Virus record (IMG/VR): IMGVR_UViG_3300046047_000262 | Strand: one strand, 5' to 3' | Length of the DNA: 64,000 bases | Source: a virus | Shown here: positions 8,722 through 18,719 of the stretch, in pieces | Numbering within the stretch: position 1 is the stretch's first letter | Layout: every line of letters starts with the position of its first letter | The notes under the pieces: model-generated | The model's database searches: none | The model's input: the letters and a program-made list of their open reading frames with translations, nothing else | Told to the model about the DNA's origin: nothing | Made by a program: the position numbers and the translations under genes

Positions 8722-10245
8722 TTACGCACCGAAACTATCAAAGTCATCATACCCGCCAATCTCGCTTGATTCGGATTCATCGTTAATCCATTCATCAATC
8801 TTATCAGGATCATCGGACACGTAATCACCGTTATCACTTGTGCTCTGGTCATCAGTGTTACCATCATCATCAAAAGCGGTACCATCATCATCCATTTCAA
8901 GGAACTGACCATATGACAACATGGTATGGCACTTGAACTTGATTCCGCACCTGTTACCTCGGTTCTTACCTATGATGAACAAGGTAGGTTCCTTACCATC
9001 GTCTGATTTGATATTACGATGAATCAGAATGATGACATTCGAATTCTGAGCGATGGCTCCGGATTCACGAATATCATTAATGGTAGGTGTGGGATCCTCA
9101 TCATCCTTCTTTTCCCTGTTCAACTGGACCAGATCAATGATCGGAACCTTTAACTGACCCGCCAGCAATTTCAAGGCTCGTGAGATTTCCGCCACCTGAC
9201 GTTCCCTGTTATCGTTCTTACGAGTCGGGTCAGGCGTAATCAACTGCAGATAATCCACAATGATGAGATCAAGACCATCATCCGACATCATTTTCTTCAT
9301 CGCCGCGGCTTTAATATGATTCACATCCATATTAGAAGTAGTATCTATGGAAATCTTCAATTTCTTGAAATGCTCACGTGCTTGTTTTACCTTTTCCACA
9401 TCAGCATCATTCAACGCCCCCTTAGTCAATGGAGCCAGTTTGACATGAGCAGTCATAGCCATGATCCTGTTCATGATCTCCTGAGCGGCCATCTCCAATG
9501 AGAAGAACATGATTGATCGTCCAGCATTAGCAGCCGCCACAAGAAAGTTGGTAGCAGTGAACGATTTACCAGTACCTGTACGACCGCCTAATGTGATTAG
9601 GCTACCTGGTTGCCAACCGCCAACATACTTATCCAGCGTTTTGAATCCAGTGGGGACACCATTGGTAGCAGCCAGTGGGTTACCACCACTATCCCTATAT
9701 CGTTTTACTCCTTCTTCCACTGATTCTGCGTACTCATCAAAGTAATCGGCGATATCAACGATCTCATTGCTATCAGTCATTCCCAACGCTACTTCATCCA
9801 GCGAAGTCTGGGCGGATGAGATGATATCCTTAGCCATTACGCCTGGAGTATGCAATGCCTCATTCGCTTCAACAAGTACTGGGGCGATCTTGTTCTTAGT
9901 GGATTCTTCCTTGATGATCTTAGCCCAATGACTCACTGATTGCATGGTTCCATTGATGGCACCATCGTTGAATAGACGGCGTACCTCGTCCAGACCACCG
10001 GCACGTTGTAGATCACCATGAGTAACCAGATATGAGACTACGGATGCAAAATCAACGGATGAACTACTCTCATCAATCTTAGTGATCGCATTGTATATCA
10101 CTGATAGGTTGGTATTAGTGAAGTCATCCTTGTTAATGACGCCAATGGCCTCCCTGATCTGATCAGGGAGATACAACAGGGTGGATACCAACCCTTCCTC
10201 AGCCAGTTTAGTTATCTCTTTAGTCGTAGTATCATTAAGTGCCAT
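8722..10245 (-). CDS. dnaB: Replicative DNA helicase DnaB
   Basis: GGRTGTGKS, FSLEM, IIVDYLQL, QLNRE, IRESGAI, KNRG motifs plus N-terminal DnaB domain. Confidence 0.95.
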   Translation of the reverse strand: MALNDTTTKEITKLAEEGLVSTLLYLPDQIREAIGVINKDDFTNTNLSVIYNAITKIDESSSSVDFASVVSYLVTHGDLQRAGGLDEVRRLFNDGAINGTMQSVSHWAKIIKEESTKNKIAPVLVEANEALHTPGVMAKDIISSAQTSLDEVALGMTDSNEIVDIADYFDEYAESVEEGVKRYRDSGGNPLAATNGVPTGFKTLDKYVGGWQPGSLITLGGRTGTGKSFTATNFLVAAANAGRSIMFFSLEMAAQEIMNRIMAMTAHVKLAPLTKGALNDADVEKVKQAREHFKKLKISIDTTSNMDVNHIKAAAMKKMMSDDGLDLIIVDYLQLITPDPTRKNDNRERQVAEISRALKLLAGQLKVPIIDLVQLNREKKDDEDPTPTINDIRESGAIAQNSNVIILIHRNIKSDDGKEPTLFIIGKNRGNRCGIKFKCHTMLSYGQFLEMDDDGTAFDDDGNTDDQSTSDNGDYVSDDPDKIDEWINDESESSEIGGYDDFDSFGA

Positions 10246-10294
10246 ATTCCTAGTCTACCTTCCTCCCGCCATTATCTATCGTTAGCGTCAAAGT

Positions 10295-11329
10295 TCAATT
10301 ACAATCCATACCAGTAGTATTCTCAAGCCGACCTTTGAATGTATCGAAGTGCGGTTGGTCTTTCCTGGAAGCAACAGCGTTAGGTTTGCTGATTTTCATA
10401 GCAGCAGGGCAAATGTTCACCAATGGACACCATGAACACAATGGTGACGGGTTACAATCATACTTATTACGAGCCAAGCATGAGTCAATAATCAATGAAG
10501 AGGTTTCCACATCCTCGATGACTTTTTTCCGTACAGCCTTATCATGTACAGGAAGAGCCGTGATCTTACCATGTCTGATAACCTCAGGACCCTTCTTAGA
10601 ACCAACATTCTCGAACCATTGGGCGATGGGATACACAAGATTGGCACCTGCCACCGTATATCCTTGTTCTTCCAACAACATTGTGTAAGCAGTCTGTTGT
10701 CTGAGGTAACTGAAATCAGGGAACTTGGCCTTCGGATCATAATCCTTGACTTTCGCACCTGTTTTCCAGTCATCAATGATCAATGATCCATCACTATTAG
10801 TGGAAAGCCTGTCAATAAAACCTAGAGTGTTCCTGCTGGCATTGCCTATCTTACCACTGACGAATAACTCGATACCAGGAACTGTTTTGCCCCAGTCATT
10901 CTTCATGTATGCAATATCAATAGTCTCAGGATGCGTTTTCAGACGCCAGAACCCATTGACGCAGTTCTTCACCCAGTTGCGGGCTTCAGGTGATTCTTTC
11001 ACCGAAGCGAACTCTGGATCCTCCAAAGCCGTATCATATGCTTCTCTAATGGAAGATGAAGTTCGGTTGTCCTTAGGGTACTGAAAGAATACTTCCATGA
11101 TCTTATGGAACGCACTACCAAGCACGTTCGGTGACAATGGATCGGATGGAAGCAGGTCTTTAATCAGATACTTCTCGCTAATGTATTTAGCAGGGCATTG
11201 GAGTACTCCATCGATCATGGAGTTGGAAAGACTGGACTTATTAATGGTATCAACAATATTACTATCGTATATTGATACGCCGTCTTTTTCTATGATGGAT
11301 GTTTCCTGCGGTGTGACAAAACGTCCCAA
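10295..11329 (-). CDS. PD-(D/E)XK exonuclease, Cas4/AddB-like with putative 4Fe-4S cluster
   Basis: QCPAKY, LGSAFH, GFIDRL, IIDDWKTG, QQTAY, C-terminal CSWCPLVNIC. Confidence 0.85.
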   Translation of the reverse strand: MGRFVTPQETSIIEKDGVSIYDSNIVDTINKSSLSNSMIDGVLQCPAKYISEKYLIKDLLPSDPLSPNVLGSAFHKIMEVFFQYPKDNRTSSSIREAYDTALEDPEFASVKESPEARNWVKNCVNGFWRLKTHPETIDIAYMKNDWGKTVPGIELFVSGKIGNASRNTLGFIDRLSTNSDGSLIIDDWKTGAKVKDYDPKAKFPDFSYLRQQTAYTMLLEEQGYTVAGANLVYPIAQWFENVGSKKGPEVIRHGKITALPVHDKAVRKKVIEDVETSSLIIDSCLARNKYDCNPSPLCSWCPLVNICPAAMKISKPNAVASRKDQPHFDTFKGRLENTTGMDCN

Positions 11330-11333
11330 ATTC

Positions 11334-12131
11334 TCAGCTCCTTGATTCCGTTATAGTAAAATGATTGGCTGTATCGTTCGCTATGTTCTCCACTGTAGCA
11401 GAATCATTTGAAGTAATCATAATCCCATTTTGATTAGAGAGAACAATATATAACGCCGATTGACTTTTAGCATTGTATGTGATTGATTGCATGAACGCCG
11501 ATGAAGCACCATTTGAATTCACTTGTTTCGCATCATTCTTGGAATATAGGAAAGAGCTTGTCTTAGCATTCCTGAAAGCATAAATGTCTACAGCGTTCTT
11601 GTCCACTTGTCCTGAACCAAGAAAGCATGTCGTATTGGCATCTTTCAATGTGCATGCGCTAGTTGTCGCAGTTATCTTGCTTACTGTTTTCAGTTGTATT
11701 GCACTTGATGACTTATCAGGGTTCTCGAATGTGATGGTGTTACCATCTGCTTTTACATTGATATCGCCCGATGGGGAGTCCATTAATCCTGTGACCGATG
11801 ATGCCGGATTAGTAAGCCCGCTTTGCTTGGTTGAGGTCTTTGATGGCACTGATGTAGGCGTTGGAGCAGTAGTAGAGGTAGTACCTGATGTATCATTCTT
11901 TATTCTGGAATTTAGCATGGCTTGTGAACCAAAGTATCCACCAGCTGATAACGCAAGGAGTCCTATAATAATGATCGCAATCAGTGTTACCCGTTTCTTT
12001 TTCAGTATCCGATCAGGTCTGGCTATATCCGCATCGGTGGATGGCGGGTTATTAATAAGTTCATCCCAATCGTCGGATGATTGGTTGTTATCATCCTTAT
12101 GATCAAGGAAAGGATTGTTTCGTTCGTTCAT
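11334..12131 (-). CDS. Single-TM membrane protein with Ser/Thr-rich linker
   Basis: KKKRVTLIAIIIIGLLAL TM; extracellular domain. Confidence 0.7.
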   Translation of the reverse strand: MNERNNPFLDHKDDNNQSSDDWDELINNPPSTDADIARPDRILKKKRVTLIAIIIIGLLALSAGGYFGSQAMLNSRIKNDTSGTTSTTAPTPTSVPSKTSTKQSGLTNPASSVTGLMDSPSGDINVKADGNTITFENPDKSSSAIQLKTVSKITATTSACTLKDANTTCFLGSGQVDKNAVDIYAFRNAKTSSFLYSKNDAKQVNSNGASSAFMQSITYNAKSQSALYIVLSNQNGIMITSNDSATVENIANDTANHFTITESRS

Positions 12132-12137
12132 ATATAC

Positions 12138-12146
12138 ATGATACCA
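12138..12146 (-). promoter_or_regulatory. Class A extended -10 (TGGTATCAT), leaderless
   Basis: Exactly 6 nt before ATG at 12131. Confidence 0.7.
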
Positions 12147-12180
12147 AGTATCATGCTGTCGAACAAGAAAGCGTCAATAA

Positions 12181-12215
12181 ATAATGGGAACGGATAGTAA
12201 ATCCGTTCCCATTAT
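12181..12215 (-). terminator. Intrinsic terminator after ssb
   Basis: Perfect 15-bp inverted repeat ataatgggaacggat/atccgttcccattat, 5-nt loop, T-rich tail on minus strand. Confidence 0.75.
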
Positions 12216-12235
12216 CATCTTAACGATTTGAACAA

Positions 12236-12763
12236 TCAGTTACTCCAAGTGTTGTCCTCTTCACCGAAAGGATCATCGAACTCAGAACCACTGAAAGCAT
12301 CGTCAACCTTAGTCTGGACCTTAGGAGCAGACGCTGCTGCAGGAGCAGCAGATTCATGTGTGGCAGCTGACGGTGAATTAGCTGAACCGTTCTTGTTAAC
12401 GGTTGTCGGCCACATGTTCCAATCAGGACCAAGTGCACGAAGGATGATCTGAGCTTCGTTCTTATGTTCTACACCGTTACGATCAGTATATGTGGGCTTC
12501 GGCTGGACATCTCCATTTCCCACAACACGATCACCTGGCTTAGCACTAGCGAGAAGGTTATCAGCTAAACGCCCGAACGCAGTAGCACTCCAATAAGTCT
12601 TATCTTCATCACCTGCTCGTTCCCATTGCTTGGTTTCGTCATTGTACTTGTCTTTCTCAATAACAATCGACAGGTTCACCACAGTCTTTCCCTTGTGCGT
12701 CTTACGCGGTTCACTGATATAGGTAATAGCACCTTGAAGATTCATATTTCCCTGACTAGCCAT
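12236..12763 (-). CDS. ssb: Single-stranded DNA-binding protein (actinobacterial type)
   Basis: OB fold (VVNLSI, ETKQWE, TYWSATAFGRLADN, PGDRVVGNG), acidic tail; start moved to MASQG behind GAAAGGA RBS. Confidence 0.9.
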   Translation of the reverse strand: MASQGNMNLQGAITYISEPRKTHKGKTVVNLSIVIEKDKYNDETKQWERAGDEDKTYWSATAFGRLADNLLASAKPGDRVVGNGDVQPKPTYTDRNGVEHKNEAQIILRALGPDWNMWPTTVNKNGSANSPSAATHESAAPAAASAPKVQTKVDDAFSGSEFDDPFGEEDNTWSN

Positions 12764-12862
12764 GTTGTACATCCTTTCATTACTTATGTTATTTTCTTAT
12801 TACCCCGAAGGGTATTATCATTATACCCAGTTATACGGCTTTTCCTGTTTTTTATATATTTT

Positions 12863-14428
12863 TTATTCTGAATCCTGATCCCAAGAGGAGGGTATGGTCA
12901 CACCATCGGGAATCGTCGGACGAGAAGGCTTAGATGGCTTAGTCTGATTAAGAATGTCAGGTTTAACAACCGTCCCCTCACAGTTCTTCTGAATAGCATC
13001 AGTATCCTGAGTCTGCGTCGGACTTGGCGTAGCCGTAGGAGATGCCGAACTGGAATCAGAAGGTGACGGTGATGCACTCGCACTTGATGATGGGTCAGTA
13101 CTATTGGCATCACTGGTACCATTCGAAGTAGCCGATGCTATACAAGTCTGTATATCCTTAGCGTACTGGTTAGCAGCGGCTGTCCGACGATCATCCCAAG
13201 TATTCCAATCCTTCCATTGTGCTATATAAGCATTCCATGATGGTAGCAAAGTGTTCCTTGCATCATTCAAGGTCTTCCATGATGCGTAAATACTATTCAC
13301 ATTAGCAGTATAGGAATCCCACGTAGATGAGAATGCCATGGTATAGGTTACCGATTGCGACCAATCAACAATCTGCTGGTTATAATTATCAGCATTATCC
13401 TGAATCTCCTTTTTAGCATTGGATACAAGAGTCCTGTGATTAGCGTCAAGTATCTTGGTGTTATACACGGGAACAGCCTGACCGCTCCATGCCCAACCAC
13501 AACCCGGACCATTATGATCAGCGGTCTGATACGTAATGGTTTTAGTGATGGATGGCTGTGATGGTTGGGAAGAGAATGTAGGAGATGATGGAGCCGATGG
13601 TAATGATGATTGCATCCCTGCCGGCAATGGCGTCAATGGTACTGATACGGACTGTATCTTCGGATCACTAAACACCTTTGACGAATCATATGATACATCC
13701 TTAGCTGATTGCGGATACGATGGTTGCAGGAACGTAACGGATTGAGTGACGTTCTCCGTCTTAATCAATCCCGTATAGGAATTCGCGTCATAATAGAAAC
13801 TGCGTTTGGCATCATCAGTGGTTTCATCCATGGCGATACACTGTGTTGTCGTCAAAGCCGCAGGAACCTTATTAGCGAACCAAGGTATCAGTTTCGATTG
13901 AAGATCCGTATCACTGGTCTGAATGGAGACTATGGAATCACCATAGGTGAACAAATACCCATCAGGATACTCCACGGCATTACCATTAGCTGAGGCCTTA
14001 GTATAACATTTACTTAAGGATGAAGCATACTTGTCATATTGTAAGCGTGCCTGACCAGCTCCGTAAGACTGTATCGCTATTTTGAACCCTTTACCTGAAG
14101 CTCCTTTTTGTATGAGCAATGCGTTGGAATCAGTAACCACCGTACACGTTTCAGGTAACATTGTGACATCAGATGAATCCGTTATCTTATTCCAATTGTC
14201 CGCATCTATACCAGTAGGTACGTTATTCAATAAATCATCCACGAAATCAATCGCAGGATAGCTCTTTGCTTGGAATGCTTTGGAATACGGTGAGTTGTCA
14301 GCTTTGACAGCGGTGATGTCGCTGTAAGCTTTCACGGCTTTGAAAATGAACCATCCTGATAAGAACACCGCAGCGACCATGCTTACGATAACAATGATTC
14401 GTCCACCTCGTTGAATATTATTCTTCAT
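12863..14428 (-). CDS. Secreted/membrane-anchored protein with Ser/Pro/Thr-rich segments
   Basis: N-terminal TM/signal, paired Cys, GPGCGWAWSGQ, low-complexity linkers. Confidence 0.7.
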   Translation of the reverse strand: MKNNIQRGGRIIVIVSMVAAVFLSGWFIFKAVKAYSDITAVKADNSPYSKAFQAKSYPAIDFVDDLLNNVPTGIDADNWNKITDSSDVTMLPETCTVVTDSNALLIQKGASGKGFKIAIQSYGAGQARLQYDKYASSLSKCYTKASANGNAVEYPDGYLFTYGDSIVSIQTSDTDLQSKLIPWFANKVPAALTTTQCIAMDETTDDAKRSFYYDANSYTGLIKTENVTQSVTFLQPSYPQSAKDVSYDSSKVFSDPKIQSVSVPLTPLPAGMQSSLPSAPSSPTFSSQPSQPSITKTITYQTADHNGPGCGWAWSGQAVPVYNTKILDANHRTLVSNAKKEIQDNADNYNQQIVDWSQSVTYTMAFSSTWDSYTANVNSIYASWKTLNDARNTLLPSWNAYIAQWKDWNTWDDRRTAAANQYAKDIQTCIASATSNGTSDANSTDPSSSASASPSPSDSSSASPTATPSPTQTQDTDAIQKNCEGTVVKPDILNQTKPSKPSRPTIPDGVTIPSSWDQDSE

Positions 14429-14895
14429 CGGCTTGCGTCAATCTCCTTTCGGATATTATATGAAAGCATTTTCAATGCTTCGAATTCGTTATTCATGAGA
14501 CGAGCCTGACGAGTAAGTTCTTTTGAATACTGCTGATATATTACCCAAGTATTCTCGTATTCCTCAACGGTGATCTGGGCGATTGACTTCTTGACGGCAT
14601 CGGTTCTTCCCTCACAAGTCAGATACGCCCTGGCGAATCGTCTTTCATATTCAAGCTTCGCAATGACTTCCTTACGCTCAGATACCCTGATAGCATTATT
14701 GATCTTGAACAATGCGGAACGAACTGACTCTATAGCACGATCAATGGCTATGATGTCATCATAGTCACCACCCTGACCACTATCACCCATGAGAACAGGT
14801 TCAGGCTTGTACACGCCCTCTATATTGATCTTCTCAGGAAACTTTGGAAGAACTATATCCCTCTCAGCGGGAATCTTATCATTATCGTCATTCAT
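14425..14895 (-). CDS. Helical coiled-coil protein, weakly UvsY-like
   Basis: 156-aa all-helical ORF directly downstream of radA; resemblance by eye only. Confidence 0.55.
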   Translation of the reverse strand: MNDDNDKIPAERDIVLPKFPEKINIEGVYKPEPVLMGDSGQGGDYDDIIAIDRAIESVRSALFKINNAIRVSERKEVIAKLEYERRFARAYLTCEGRTDAVKKSIAQITVEEYENTWVIYQQYSKELTRQARLMNNEFEALKMLSYNIRKEIDASR

Positions 14896-14901
14896 GATAC
14901 C

Positions 14902-14910
14902 ATTATACCG
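14902..14910 (-). promoter_or_regulatory. Class A -10 (CGGTATAAT), leaderless
   Basis: Exactly 6 nt before ATG at 14895. Confidence 0.65.
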
Positions 14911-14913
14911 ATA

Positions 14914-16299
14914 TCAGATGAGTTTGACCATATCACCTAATGATTCTATAGTGTCAATCTGAATGTCAACAGATGTTTTCAATGACCGCTTAGCGGATGC
15001 GGGTATGACGACACGTTCAAACCCCAAGCGTGCAGCTTCCTTAATCTTAGATTCCATCAATGATCGACCGCGTATCTTACCCGTCAAAGCGACTTCACCT
15101 ATCCACGCAGTCCGCGTATTGGGTTGATTATCAGCTGCACTGCTGATCACTGCAGCTGCTAGAGCCAAGTCAGCATTCGGATCACCTATCTGGACTCCTG
15201 ATATGGTACTCACGAACACGTCTGATTGACCTAATGAACATGACGGGACGTACTTCGAACAAGCCGCTATAAGAATGCGGCCACGATTGGTATTGTAACC
15301 ACTGAATTGACGTTGTGGTGACCCATATGCCGCATCAGCCACCAAAGCATTGATCTCTACGGGGAGTATCCTATTACCATCCTGTATGAATGTCTTAGCA
15401 GAACCTGCTATCAGTTCATTCATATCACCGATCAGGTATTCTGACGGGTCATCAACTGATTTCAACCCGTCATCCTCATGGACGAACACCGCGACCTCAT
15501 CGGTTTTACCATAACGGTTCTTTTGACTACGAAGGAATTTCAACCGTGTTTCCTTATCAGCATCACCAATAAAGATCGTATCAACCACATGGGCGATCTG
15601 ATTGCTACCAGCGACCTCATCTGACTTCGTGAACTGTGATATCAGGATGAACGCTACATCATTGTCCTTAGCATATTGTTTGAAGGATATGGCCGCTTCT
15701 TTTGATTGAGATACACCACCGATTGTCCCATCGACGGCATTCGAAGCCATGGTCTGCAATGAGTCAACAACCACGAACTCGGCATCATCATCAGTAGCAT
15801 GAGAGAACACGTCCTCGACTATCGTAGTGGACATGATACGAAGATGATCATCATTAATATGAAGCCTACGTGCACGCTGAGCGATCTGATGAGCGGATTC
15901 CTCACCTGATGCGTACAAGCAGTTGTATCCTTGTGATGACAGATTGCCAAGAACCTCCAATGCTAACGTGGATTTACCGAATCCAGGCTCAGCACCTATC
16001 AGGATTACCTGGCCTGGTAATATACCACCATCAAGAATACGATCAAACTCAGAGATATCCGTACTCACTCTGGGGATATCCTCATCAGAGAGACTATTCA
16101 CTGTATATGCTTTGGTATTGGATACATATGATGACTTCTTGCTGGCATTGACCCTCATACCAGCTGAAGGCTTTACCGAAGCACTCTCAGATTCCCTATG
16201 TACCGCAGTACCATAAGCCCCACACTCAGGGCATATCCTGAATTCCATGATAGCGGTTTTCCCGCAAGCCGAACATTCCCAACCGATACTATTAGACAT
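14914..16299 (-). CDS. radA: DNA repair protein RadA/Sms
   Basis: Zn finger CSAC..CPEC, GAEPGFGKST, YASGEES, VVDSLQT, KNRYG, Lon-like C-terminal domain; start moved to MSNSIG. Confidence 0.95.
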   Translation of the reverse strand: MSNSIGWECSACGKTAIMEFRICPECGAYGTAVHRESESASVKPSAGMRVNASKKSSYVSNTKAYTVNSLSDEDIPRVSTDISEFDRILDGGILPGQVILIGAEPGFGKSTLALEVLGNLSSQGYNCLYASGEESAHQIAQRARRLHINDDHLRIMSTTIVEDVFSHATDDDAEFVVVDSLQTMASNAVDGTIGGVSQSKEAAISFKQYAKDNDVAFILISQFTKSDEVAGSNQIAHVVDTIFIGDADKETRLKFLRSQKNRYGKTDEVAVFVHEDDGLKSVDDPSEYLIGDMNELIAGSAKTFIQDGNRILPVEINALVADAAYGSPQRQFSGYNTNRGRILIAACSKYVPSCSLGQSDVFVSTISGVQIGDPNADLALAAAVISSAADNQPNTRTAWIGEVALTGKIRGRSLMESKIKEAARLGFERVVIPASAKRSLKTSVDIQIDTIESLGDMVKLI

Positions 16300-16305
16300 A
16301 TCATT

Positions 16306-16314
16306 ATTATACCA
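16306..16314 (-). promoter_or_regulatory. Class A extended -10 (TGGTATAAT), leaderless radA
   Basis: Exactly 6 nt before ATG at 16299. Confidence 0.75.
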
Positions 16315-16363
16315 AAAATGGGTACCACCCATATCAGGTAGTACCCATGAGAAGGATTGGTGC

Positions 16364-17320
16364 TTATGATTCGGCGTTCAAACGATTCCATTCCCTAGTG
16401 ATAAGGTGTTTACCATCGACGTCCTTTTCTGCGAATCCCCTCTGGAAGCTCTCATTAGGATTCAATGCCAACGACCATTCGAGATCGGCTTTATCCGAAT
16501 CGTCAATGTCAGTCCTTGCGTCCAATGATTCAATATATGAGTACGCATCATCAACCGTGGCCTTAGGATGTGATAAAGCGTTCTTACTGTATTCCTTATC
16601 AAGTGGACCATCGGTTTTACGCAGTGCCTCTGACACGTAATCCGAGGGTAGTTTCTGAGCGATAAGACAACGAGACGGTGTGCTCGCCCACATGGTTCTC
16701 ATACTGTGTTCAGTGTTAGCAGGACTGTTAATGATCCATTCCGCAGCCTTGCCAGCGAACTTATGATTGGAAGCTAACTTATCAATGGTCTTATCCGAAA
16801 CATCAGGATCCATAACCAACATTTTAGTCATGTTCTCTTCAGCAGGTGATAACGGTCGTGATTCCTCACGATTATCAGCATAGGAAAGAAGCCTATCACT
16901 GAGAACCTTCTCTTCATCAAGACTGAGCGAGCGGCCATAATCAATATATTGCTGATGATCGGTATCAGCGAGCTCCGCTTCATCACTGAGTGTCGGATCA
17001 TTAGGAACGTTCTCAGTCGTGATACGTACAATCTTATGCTCGTTATCACGAACAGCCTGATCATAAACAGAATCTACGTCAATGTTCTGTAACGGGTTAT
17101 GTGATGCTTTACCGAGCTCTGATGACTGGTTACGATTTGCGATGACCTTCTCGTTGATGGCTTTGGCTTCATCCGCAGTCAGGTTGACATGTTCCACATG
17201 ATGACACCCATAACGACCCCTGTTACCAGGTTTCGCATGGCATACGGATACCGATCCGTCAGCTGATCGACCATATTGAACAGCTTGGGCGGATGAGCCA
17301 GTGCCTGAAGTTCTACTCAT
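16364..17320 (-). CDS. Protein with N-terminal Cys/His module and C-terminal helical (LRV/HEAT-like) repeats
   Basis: VCHAKPGNRGRYGCHHVEH...NEKVIANR; ALSHPKAT, LALNPN repeats; AAGGAG RBS. Confidence 0.65.
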   Translation of the reverse strand: MSRTSGTGSSAQAVQYGRSADGSVSVCHAKPGNRGRYGCHHVEHVNLTADEAKAINEKVIANRNQSSELGKASHNPLQNIDVDSVYDQAVRDNEHKIVRITTENVPNDPTLSDEAELADTDHQQYIDYGRSLSLDEEKVLSDRLLSYADNREESRPLSPAEENMTKMLVMDPDVSDKTIDKLASNHKFAGKAAEWIINSPANTEHSMRTMWASTPSRCLIAQKLPSDYVSEALRKTDGPLDKEYSKNALSHPKATVDDAYSYIESLDARTDIDDSDKADLEWSLALNPNESFQRGFAEKDVDGKHLITREWNRLNAES

Positions 17321-17364
17321 GATGATATCTCCTTTTCCAATCGTTTATCTACAAGAAGTATCTA

Positions 17365-17994
17365 TCAAGAAGCATCATCCGCATCAGACTCTTCCTCTTT
17401 CTCCCGTGCCTCTTGTTCTTTCAATAGCTCCTCTTTACGAATCTCGACCAATGCCGCTTGGGTGAGTTCATTATCCTTCTTGATCTGCTGTTCGAAAACA
17501 TCCCTGGGATCATCCAGTCCTTTTTCCTTAAGATCCTTCTCATCATCAGTAAGACGACAATAAGCAACGATAGCGTAGATTCCTGCAAGAACGAATCCAG
17601 CGCATACCGTATATAATGCCGAGAAGCTGCTGACAATGACCACAGCGGCGAGAACACCGCCGACCATCAAGGATTGTTGTATACGTTTATTCGGTGAGTA
17701 TCGTAATCTCCATTCCACATACTCATCAGCTTCGTCATCGGATTCCTCCGCTTTGCGTTTATTCGCATCCGACTGTCGTAATCCAATTAGATAACCCAAT
17801 GAGAAAATAGGTACCGACAATACTAATGCGACGAAAGCCCTGGTATAATTCCATAATGCTATATGGGGCAGAAAAACGTCGATAAGCACACTAGCAACTG
17901 ATAACACAATGATAGCAGGAATCATAGCCTGATAGAATGGCTTTTTCTTTTCCACCATAGTTGTACGAACCAAACCTAATAATCGTTCTATCAT
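17365..17994 (-). CDS. Multi-pass membrane protein
   Basis: About four hydrophobic segments, charged C-terminus. Confidence 0.7.
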   Translation of the reverse strand: MIERLLGLVRTTMVEKKKPFYQAMIPAIIVLSVASVLIDVFLPHIALWNYTRAFVALVLSVPIFSLGYLIGLRQSDANKRKAEESDDEADEYVEWRLRYSPNKRIQQSLMVGGVLAAVVIVSSFSALYTVCAGFVLAGIYAIVAYCRLTDDEKDLKEKGLDDPRDVFEQQIKKDNELTQAALVEIRKEELLKEQEAREKEEESDADDAS

Positions 17995-18650
17995 ATACCC
18001 TCCCTGGAATCATGCGTCCTGATCGCGAATAACGCTACACAAGATGTACTAGTAATCGATGGTGATGACAATGTACCATGATCACCTATACCAAATAAAT
18101 GATACCCGAATTTTACGAGTTGGTTACCTACACGCATGTCAACTGTTTCACCATGATAACAAAGGAACGTGAACATACTACCGTACTTGCTCTCCTGGAA
18201 TTTGCGTAATAGGAATGCGGTCATGCTGGCATATGAATACCTTGAACTGTTGGCTATGGAATCAATGACAATGAATGATCGTAATGATCGTAACTTCCTG
18301 ATCACCTTGGGGAATAATGCTGCTGCGGGACGCAACGCCGAGAAAACCGATAATGCGTTCTTATCATCATCAGTGCCGATATGGCCTATCATAACACCAA
18401 CAATCGCATGATCCGGCAATGCAGGATCAGGAGAGGGGATCTCCTTGTTACGTAACGTTATGATCACTTGATAATAATTCGTGCCATGTTCCCTTGCAAG
18501 TGCCATATCAAGGTTGTTCTCATGTATATCTTGGAACCCTTGATCCTGTGCTAGTATCCTCATTACCGATTGAAGATCACCATGTGTGAGCCTACCTACC
18601 GAATCCACGCCTGACTGACGAAGATCCAGATTCCTGTATGCTTTCAGCAT
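17991..18650 (-). CDS. Putative GNAT-fold protein
   Basis: VGVMIGHI, FIVIDSIA, LVKFGY pattern; GGGAGG RBS. Confidence 0.4.
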   Translation of the reverse strand: MLKAYRNLDLRQSGVDSVGRLTHGDLQSVMRILAQDQGFQDIHENNLDMALAREHGTNYYQVIITLRNKEIPSPDPALPDHAIVGVMIGHIGTDDDKNALSVFSALRPAAALFPKVIRKLRSLRSFIVIDSIANSSRYSYASMTAFLLRKFQESKYGSMFTFLCYHGETVDMRVGNQLVKFGYHLFGIGDHGTLSSPSITSTSCVALFAIRTHDSREGI

Positions 18651-18719
18651 GAATAATGTCCTCCCGTGTACCCTTTACACCTTGTAATAAGAATATCAGG
18701 AATCAACGAATATGAACGA

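Noticed and set aside
8722-10245. Intein or intron in dnaB or other replication genes
   Set aside because: Lengths are normal, helicase motifs are contiguous, and no intein splice motifs were seen
10295-11329. CRISPR-Cas locus suggested by the Cas4-like nuclease
   Set aside because: No repeat-spacer array and no cas1/cas2 or effector genes in the window
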